Below, one piece after another: positions 57,488 to 64,000 of a DNA stretch of 64,000 nucleotides. The notes under the pieces are model-generated. The model was given only the letters and a program-made list of their open reading frames with translations. It made no database searches and was not told where the DNA came from. The position numbers and the translations under genes are program-made. The DNA lies in the sequence record NC_041917.1, one strand, 5' to 3'. Positions within the stretch are counted from its first letter, which is position 1, and each line of letters begins with the position of its first letter.

Positions 57488-58045
57488 ATGAGTCTTTTAG
57501 AAGAAATGTTCGATGGTTCTCAAGAACAATTGAATGAACGTCCTTATAGTCGTACCCAATCAGCGATTGATTCGGTAAAAGGTAAAGCAAAAGGAATGTT
57601 CGGATCTGGTCAAGTTGAGCAAGGTGCACAGCAAACTGGACAACAAGCTAATCAACTATGGAACGATTTTAAACGTTATGTTGGTAGAAAATACGGTTCA
57701 CATCCACAAGCAGTATCATATGCAGATGTAGCAGCATTTTTTAAAGGTAATAATTTAGACACTAAGTTTTTAGGTAATAATGAACGCCGTTCGTTTACTC
57801 CTAAAGATGTTGGTAATGCAATTCTTTCAGCAGCACGTGAACTTGGGGATGACTATACCAATCAAGATGATGAACAAGAAGAACAAGGCCAACCACCAGC
57901 AGGTGATAATAGTCAAGGCCAACCACAAGGTGGTAGCCAAGGTGGACAGCCACCAGCCGGAGGATCTGGTTCATCTGATTTAAGTGGAAAATTATCTTCA
58001 CTATCTGCATCAGACAGAGCAAAACTATTGAGACTAATTTCGTAA
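57488..58045 (+). CDS. Putative internal head protein with G/Q/P linker
   Basis: LxE site near the N-terminus; low-complexity linker. Confidence 0.5.
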   Translation: MSLLEEMFDGSQEQLNERPYSRTQSAIDSVKGKAKGMFGSGQVEQGAQQTGQQANQLWNDFKRYVGRKYGSHPQAVSYADVAAFFKGNNLDTKFLGNNERRSFTPKDVGNAILSAARELGDDYTNQDDEQEEQGQPPAGDNSQGQPQGGSQGGQPPAGGSGSSDLSGKLSSLSASDRAKLLRLIS

Positions 58046-58059
58046 CAGGAGAAGAAAAA

Positions 58060-59055
58060 ATGATAAAATATCTCGGCAATGATAATAAAGTTCCGAATAA
58101 TTACGTTTATACTTCTCACACTGGTTCAGAATATATATTTCTAGAAGGATTATGGTATAATTGTAAAAATATGACAATTATAGATCCTTCTAAGAATTAT
58201 AAAATGAACAAGGCCGCAGCACAACAAATCTCTGAACAAAATATTTCTAGTACTTTGAAAATTGGTCAAAAGTATATTGTAAATGAATCAGAATATGTTT
58301 ATGTTGGACGTAATAAAGTAACAAAAAATGATTCACTATTACATGAAAGTATTAACAACAATATTATTTCATTGATGGAAGCAGATAATGCAGGTGGACA
58401 ACCACCAAGTAATCCAGCAGCAGGTAGTTCTGCACCAGATGGATACGTATATACTTCTAATAAAGGAAAATCATACGTAAAACGTGGTGGAAAATGGTAT
58501 GATACTAGTACTAAAAAACCAATTAATAGTTCAGCAGTTCCTAGTTTAGAACGAGCAGCGGCAAATAAAATTGCACAACATGATGCTAGTTCTCCTGTTA
58601 AAATTGGTCAAGAATTTAAAGCTAAAAGTGGGAAGACCTATCGTTATGTTGGTGGTAATCGATTCATGTCAGATGACGGAAAATTACTTCCAGATAGTAC
58701 AGCAAGACAAGTACTTGCTAATTTGAATAATAATGCTAATAACGGTCAAGGTAGTTCTAGTTCACAAGGACAAGGGCAACCACCAGCAAGTAATTCCGGT
58801 GGACAACCACCAGTTCCACCAAGTAATCCACCATCAAGTGGAAGTGGTGCTGGAAACACAGGAGGTAATCCACCAAGGGGTGGAGGTAATGATCCTTTAC
58901 AATCACTAGCTGATGAAATTAAATCTAGTCCAGATGCACCTAGAATTGTAGTACTATTGAGCCGTGGTGATGCATTATCACTATTAGCTGCTGATATACT
59001 ATTATCTGGACAGAAAAAAGAAGCAGCACAGATTCTAAATTCATTAAATAATTAA
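58060..59055 (+). CDS. Putative internal head protein with duplicated domain
   Basis: YVYTSxxGxxY...GxWY and KIGQ...YVG.N each occur twice. Confidence 0.55.
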   Translation: MIKYLGNDNKVPNNYVYTSHTGSEYIFLEGLWYNCKNMTIIDPSKNYKMNKAAAQQISEQNISSTLKIGQKYIVNESEYVYVGRNKVTKNDSLLHESINNNIISLMEADNAGGQPPSNPAAGSSAPDGYVYTSNKGKSYVKRGGKWYDTSTKKPINSSAVPSLERAAANKIAQHDASSPVKIGQEFKAKSGKTYRYVGGNRFMSDDGKLLPDSTARQVLANLNNNANNGQGSSSSQGQGQPPASNSGGQPPVPPSNPPSSGSGAGNTGGNPPRGGGNDPLQSLADEIKSSPDAPRIVVLLSRGDALSLLAADILLSGQKKEAAQILNSLNN

Positions 59056-59082
59056 GATTAATTAGAAAAGGAATTGATTAAA

Positions 59083-60051
59083 ATGAAAAAACAAATTAAT
59101 GAAGCATCAGTACGTATCGATGTTCAAGGTTTAGAATCTAATGATCTTGAAACTCTATCACGTATGCTTGCTTTAGCTGGACAAGCAGAAAATAAAGGAC
59201 CACAATTAGGTGGTATGGCTTCTATCCCAGCAATTCGACCATTAGATATGGATAGTATTGGTGGAGATGAAACACAAGCCATTATGAGTCCTGAAACGTC
59301 ACCAAGTGCCGATGATATGTCAGGTGTAGGTGGTTCCGATCTAGGGGCTGCTGTAGGTGAATTGGCAGGTTCAATCACTGATTTCGGTGATGAAGGGCTT
59401 GACAACGGTATGGGTTCTGATGTAGAATCTATGGAAGTTCAAGACGAATCCAGCCCTGATTTTGGTTCAGACGACATTAGTTCTGAACTGGACTCTGAAT
59501 ATACTGGTGATGATGATTTCGATATGGGTCGTATGTCATCACTTGCAGGTATTCACGAAAGTCAAGATGTGGATGATTCAGATGATGTGTCTGATGATTC
59601 AGATGATGAAGTTAATCCCGATGACCAATCAGCCGATGAAGAAACAATTGGTGAAAGCCTACTACCTGATCTATCATTAGATGAAGATGCAATTTCTCCT
59701 GAAGAACAACCGAATCAAGAATTCGGACCATTCAGAACTGAATTTGAATGTGTTAATGATGGTCAAGAAAAAACAAATGGTGTCGAAGGTGATAACTTCA
59801 TCGTAGTACCAAAAGGTAATGCGTTCTATTGGAAACGTACAGTGCAAGAAGATGCTGACAATCGTCCAGAACCAGATTTTTATGATGATGAAGGAATTCG
59901 TAACTCACGTCATGAATACCGCCATAAACGTACTGCTCTAGGTGACAATCCAATTCTTTCAGTTGATGAATCTGAAGAAGATGATGAATCAGTAGATTCA
60001 ATCTTCGAATCAATCAACGACAAATATAAGAAATTTATGGAGGGTCTATAA
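59083..60051 (+). CDS. Very acidic putative prohead core/internal protein
   Basis: D/E-rich; several [ILV]xE[SA] sites. Confidence 0.5.
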   Translation: MKKQINEASVRIDVQGLESNDLETLSRMLALAGQAENKGPQLGGMASIPAIRPLDMDSIGGDETQAIMSPETSPSADDMSGVGGSDLGAAVGELAGSITDFGDEGLDNGMGSDVESMEVQDESSPDFGSDDISSELDSEYTGDDDFDMGRMSSLAGIHESQDVDDSDDVSDDSDDEVNPDDQSADEETIGESLLPDLSLDEDAISPEEQPNQEFGPFRTEFECVNDGQEKTNGVEGDNFIVVPKGNAFYWKRTVQEDADNRPEPDFYDDEGIRNSRHEYRHKRTALGDNPILSVDESEEDDESVDSIFESINDKYKKFMEGL

Positions 60052-60052
60052 T

Positions 60053-60430
60053 ATGAGTATGATACGTAATTTAATGGAATCTATTGATGACATTTACGAA
60101 GCTGATGATGAATCAATGGAACAGGCACCAGAAGCCTCTCCAGCAGAAGTACTAAAAGATATAATTGGTTCGTTAAAAGAACTGTCAACAATGATTGCTG
60201 ATGGTTCTATTGAAGAACAAGGTAATTTACTATCTGATTTGCAAAACATTTCATCTTCATTGAAAGAACTAATTGGTTCAGATGATGATTTTTCAGATGA
60301 AGCATTAGAAGAAGAATATGGTACAGAAGATTTTGGACCATATATTGATAAAGATGGTGTTCAAAACTATGAAGTAGCGGCAAAAGAAGCTGATTCATAT
60401 CCTGAACATAAAGGTTTTGTGGGAATGTAA
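60053..60430 (+). CDS. Acidic putative head protein
   Basis: MIRNLMESIDDIYEAD. Confidence 0.5.
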   Translation: MSMIRNLMESIDDIYEADDESMEQAPEASPAEVLKDIIGSLKELSTMIADGSIEEQGNLLSDLQNISSSLKELIGSDDDFSDEALEEEYGTEDFGPYIDKDGVQNYEVAAKEADSYPEHKGFVGM

Positions 60431-60431
60431 T

Positions 60432-60806
60432 ATGATACCAAAAACCAACAGTACTGAAATCCAATTTGATGTATTAGTAAAAATCAGAGAAGTTTATGAA
60501 TTTGATTCAGAACTCTCTGATAGAATGTTACTTATATCTATTTTTGATAATTACAGAACTGGTGGTGGTCTTAGGTTGAGTAAGCTGGGGTACACTATCT
60601 GTGCAGAAAATAATTTGTATGATTTCACCCCCATTCCTATTAAAAGTCAGGATCGCAACTCAATGGTTTATACCTCACTAGACCGTATTTGCACTAGCCC
60701 CTATTATATAAAAGGGGATGTTTTGTACTTATCTGACGAATTAGTTTTGGCACAACTCACGTTCTGCCGTGACGATTTTATGAAATTATTTGCTGCATTT
60801 ATGTGA
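60432..60806 (+). CDS. Hypothetical protein
   Basis: FDNYRTGGGLRLSKLG...SPYYI. Confidence 0.6.
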   Translation: MIPKTNSTEIQFDVLVKIREVYEFDSELSDRMLLISIFDNYRTGGGLRLSKLGYTICAENNLYDFTPIPIKSQDRNSMVYTSLDRICTSPYYIKGDVLYLSDELVLAQLTFCRDDFMKLFAAFM

Positions 60807-60832
60807 AACACAAAATAAAAATCTGGTATAAT
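60803..60832 (+). promoter_or_regulatory. Promoter of the TGAAAC...TGGTATAAT class
   Basis: GTGAAAC-N17-TATAAT with TGG. Confidence 0.7.
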
Positions 60833-60950
60833 AAGCTCATTAAGACAGTTTATGGATTAATTAAAGGCACTGATTTCTCAGTGCCTTCTCTTTTGGCAAA
60901 TGGATTTGTGAATTTCAATACAGTAACCACAACACATAGGTATAAGAAGT

Positions 60951-62282
60951 ATGAGCGAAAAAACTAACGTAGATATTCTAAAGTATGATTTGAAACCATC
61001 CCAAATTTTTGAAGCAATGCAAGTTGCAGACTATGTTGGTGATAGTATGATGATTTGGGGTTCTCCTGGTATTGGTAAATCCGCAATTGCACGTCAATAT
61101 GCAAATGAACAGTATCCCCTTCGTAAAGATAACCAAGGAAAATTAGCATATCTACTTCAACGTGCCGAAGATCCTGAAGATAACCTAGTTTCAATGGCTG
61201 ATTATACCGAGTTTGCTAACTCATTACTAGATCAAGAAACTAACTTCATCGACTTCCGACTATCACAGATTGAACCATCGGATCTCCGAGGTATTCCAAT
61301 TCCAGTAAAAATGTACTACAATCTTGAAGGTGAACAGATTTTAGAATCTGAACTACCAAATTACCCAATGTATCGTACTGAAACATCCGTTGTTTGGGCG
61401 GCACCAGATGTTCTAAAACTACATCCTAATTGGAAAGGTGTAATTCTATTTGACGAAATCAACTCAGCAATGCCAATTGTTCAAGCTGCATCATATCAGC
61501 TAATTCTTGATCGTTGTGTTGGTGATATGGTACTACCAAAAACTGCATTAATTCTTGCAGCAGGTAACCGTGAAACGGATGGTGGTGTAACTTTCAGTCT
61601 TGCAACTCCATTACGCGACCGTATGACACACGTTGAAATGATTCCAGATTATAATGATTGGATTGAACATTATGCAATTCCTAACCGAATCAATGCAGGT
61701 ACTGTTGCGTATATCAAGAATACTGGTACAAAACATTTTAACACACTAAGTCCAAAAGATACCAGTCATGCAGGTGGTGCAAGTCCTCGTTCATGGACTC
61801 GTGTTTCTGAAATTGAAACGGCTCGTAAACGTCTAGGCACTTCTTCACCAGTATATAAAGCTCTTGTCGCAGGTCGTGTTGGGAACGCAGCAGCAATTGA
61901 CTATATCACGTATATTGAAAACATGGCTGATCTACCGGATGCAATGGATATTATGGACGGTACATTTACTGACTTCAGTAACTATGTAACTGACGTATCT
62001 AAGAACTACTTTATTGTACTAAATCTAGTGTATAAAATCATTGAATTCAATACTGCTAAAATTGAAGGTACTATTACTAAAGAACAATGGTGCACGTACT
62101 GTACTAACTTCTTAACGTTTATTGATGATAATTTCTCTAAAACACAAGCAGAACTTATTGTACACGCAGTACGTACTTTCACAGATGCAAACGTTAATAT
62201 CGCTTACTCTGAAGTTCCAGTATTCAAAACCTTTGTTCAGAAATATGGTCCACTTCTTCGTAAAGTACGTACAATGAAATAA
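60951..62282 (+). CDS. MoxR-like AAA+ ATPase
   Basis: GSPGIGKS (Walker A), DFRLSQIEPSDLRGIP, ILFDEINSA (Walker B), AAGNR, LRDRM, SPRSW. Confidence 0.88.
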   Translation: MSEKTNVDILKYDLKPSQIFEAMQVADYVGDSMMIWGSPGIGKSAIARQYANEQYPLRKDNQGKLAYLLQRAEDPEDNLVSMADYTEFANSLLDQETNFIDFRLSQIEPSDLRGIPIPVKMYYNLEGEQILESELPNYPMYRTETSVVWAAPDVLKLHPNWKGVILFDEINSAMPIVQAASYQLILDRCVGDMVLPKTALILAAGNRETDGGVTFSLATPLRDRMTHVEMIPDYNDWIEHYAIPNRINAGTVAYIKNTGTKHFNTLSPKDTSHAGGASPRSWTRVSEIETARKRLGTSSPVYKALVAGRVGNAAAIDYITYIENMADLPDAMDIMDGTFTDFSNYVTDVSKNYFIVLNLVYKIIEFNTAKIEGTITKEQWCTYCTNFLTFIDDNFSKTQAELIVHAVRTFTDANVNIAYSEVPVFKTFVQKYGPLLRKVRTMK

Positions 62283-62324
62283 TACTTTAGGGGCATATAT
62301 TGCCCCTTTTTCTATGAGGTTTAT

Positions 62325-63665
62325 ATGAAAAAAGAAAAACATGTAGTATCTGATGCATATGCAGCAGAATGCTACGAACGAATTATTATTGCACGTACTG
62401 CGATGATTATGTCTTGTCCATTCTTTGGAATTTTAGCTGCAAGACTACAATTAGTACCTAATAATACATGGTGCCGAACTTTAGCAGTAGATGGTAAACA
62501 CTTGTACTATAATGTTGAATTCATTATGGGAGTTGAAGACCCTGCTCGTCGTCAAGAGTATGAAGACAAACTTAAAGAATCTATTGATGGGATTACTGCT
62601 GAACAAATCAACGATGCATTAAATGGATTAACACATCAAAATCTATTGGCTGCAATTTGTCATGAGATTCTACACTGTGCATATAACCACTTTTTAAGAC
62701 GTGGTGCACGTAATCCTAAAAAATGGAACCAAGCAGCAGACTACGCCATTAACCAAATCATAAATCGTGATAAAAAAATGGGTGAAATTAAGAAGTCGTG
62801 GTTATTCAAAGCTGAATACGATGGAATGACTGCTGAAGAAATCTATAATATCTTAGAAGAACAAGATGGAAACGGTGGTGGTGGTTCTGGTTCTGGTGGT
62901 GGAACTTTAGATCAACATGACATTCCACAACAAGGCGATGATCAATCAGATGATGGGGACAATTCTGGAATACCAGGATATAGTACTGAAGAATTAGAAT
63001 CATTCATGGAAGAATTTAAAGATGCTATGCTAAGTGCGGCAATGGCTGAAGGTGCACCACAAGAAATTCGTGCAATGATCGATGAGTATAAAACTCCTAC
63101 TATTGATTGGCGTTCTAAACTAAATCGTACTATTCGTTCATTGATTAAAAATGATGTATCTTATATGATGCCATCTCGCCGTTCATGGAGTACTGGTTTT
63201 GGAAGTACTGGTTCATATTATGGTTCTCCAATTTATCCAGGTTTAAAACCAGATTTGGATATTGATATTTGTGTTGCATTAGATGCATCAGGTAGTATTA
63301 GTACTGAAATGCTAAAAGATTTCTTGTCTGAAGTAATGGGTATGACTAAACAGTTTAGTCAGTTCAAGATTCGAATCTTGACATTTGATACTAATGTTTA
63401 TACAGTACGAGATTACGTTACTGGTGAAGAACGTAAGATTCTTGAATATCCAGTAACTGGTGGCGGTGGTACGTTATTCACTGCTGTTTGGGATCATATG
63501 AAGGAAGATGACTATTGTCCAAAACAATTAGTTATGTTCACTGATGGAGAACCTTGGGGTTCTTGGGGAGATCCTACATATTGTGATACTTTATTCATTA
63601 TTCACTCGAATCCAAAGATTGAAGCACCATTTGGTACTACAGTGCATTATGAATTAGAGAAGTAA
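62325..63665 (+). CDS. HExxH metallopeptidase-like + vWA domain protein (DUF2201-like)
   Basis: TLAVDG, CHEILHC, DYAIN, ALDASGSIS (MIDAS), GGGGT, FTDG. Confidence 0.85.
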   Translation: MKKEKHVVSDAYAAECYERIIIARTAMIMSCPFFGILAARLQLVPNNTWCRTLAVDGKHLYYNVEFIMGVEDPARRQEYEDKLKESIDGITAEQINDALNGLTHQNLLAAICHEILHCAYNHFLRRGARNPKKWNQAADYAINQIINRDKKMGEIKKSWLFKAEYDGMTAEEIYNILEEQDGNGGGGSGSGGGTLDQHDIPQQGDDQSDDGDNSGIPGYSTEELESFMEEFKDAMLSAAMAEGAPQEIRAMIDEYKTPTIDWRSKLNRTIRSLIKNDVSYMMPSRRSWSTGFGSTGSYYGSPIYPGLKPDLDIDICVALDASGSISTEMLKDFLSEVMGMTKQFSQFKIRILTFDTNVYTVRDYVTGEERKILEYPVTGGGGTLFTAVWDHMKEDDYCPKQLVMFTDGEPWGSWGDPTYCDTLFIIHSNPKIEAPFGTTVHYELEK

Positions 63666-63707
63666 CAATACTAAATAAAAGGTCGCTAGGATGGCGGCCT
63701 TAATCTT

Positions 63708-63737
63708 TTGAAACAGGCCACATTTTTGTGGTATAAT
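63708..63737 (+). promoter_or_regulatory. Promoter of the TGAAAC...TGGTATAAT class
   Basis: TTGAAAC-N17-TATAAT with TGTGG. Confidence 0.7.
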
Positions 63738-63771
63738 ATAGATAATTAAAAAATACATGGAGTGTATAATT

Positions 63772-64000
63772 ATGAGTAAAGAAGTTGATATTCAAGATCT
63801 AGACGAAGTTGTTGCTGGTCCACAATTGGAATTCATTGATATTATCAATGCTACTAAAATTATGGAAGCTGCGATTGAGCGTAAAGCATTTTCAATCAAA
63901 GAACTAGGTGAAGTTGCTCCTATTGTTTCTCGTTTCCAAGAATTCTCTCAAGCAATCATTGCAGAACAAGAAGCAAAAGATGCTAATACTGAGGGAGATG
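63772..64000 (+). CDS. N-terminal fragment of a hypothetical protein, truncated by the window edge
   Basis: GGAG RBS; MSKEVDIQDLDEVVAGPQLEFIDIINATKIMEAAIERKAF... Confidence 0.65.
   Translation, partial: MSKEVDIQDLDEVVAGPQLEFIDIINATKIMEAAIERKAFSIKELGEVAPIVSRFQEFSQAIIAEQEAKDANTEGD

Overview
64-kb segment of an AT-rich (roughly one-third GC by eye) jumbo myophage genome, with essentially all genes on the + strand. The gene content (TyrRS, GroES, Thg1, CCA enzyme, HPF, T4-like neck/sheath/tube genes, TAAATA late promoters) most resembles the RAK2/GAP32/CBB-type jumbo phages of Enterobacterales; this is inference, not a database hit. The left and middle parts hold accessory genes for nucleotide metabolism, translation/tRNA maintenance, RNA repair and probable counter-defence, an anaerobic RNR (nrdD-grcA-nrdG) operon, three ~900-aa paralogous putative virion proteins and a spanin pair. 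The right part holds neck, sheath, tube and head-related genes plus a MoxR/vWA pair. Signals not explained by ordinary genes: (1) a ~465-nt intergenic, densely structured RNA with its own promoter and terminator (30985-31452); (2) strong enrichment of the palindrome AGTACT, with an N4-cytosine-type methylase in the window; (3) a perfect FNR box at class II spacing upstream of nrdD; (4) a 117-nt structured RNA at 6478-6594; (5) a cluster of nucleotidyltransferase, triplicated unknown gene, 2OG-oxygenase-like gene and acyl carrier protein; (6) a frameshifted tail-tube gene and an in-frame TGA in another gene. No tRNA genes, CRISPR arrays, rRNA, integrase or transposase were recognised. All product calls come from motif recognition by eye.
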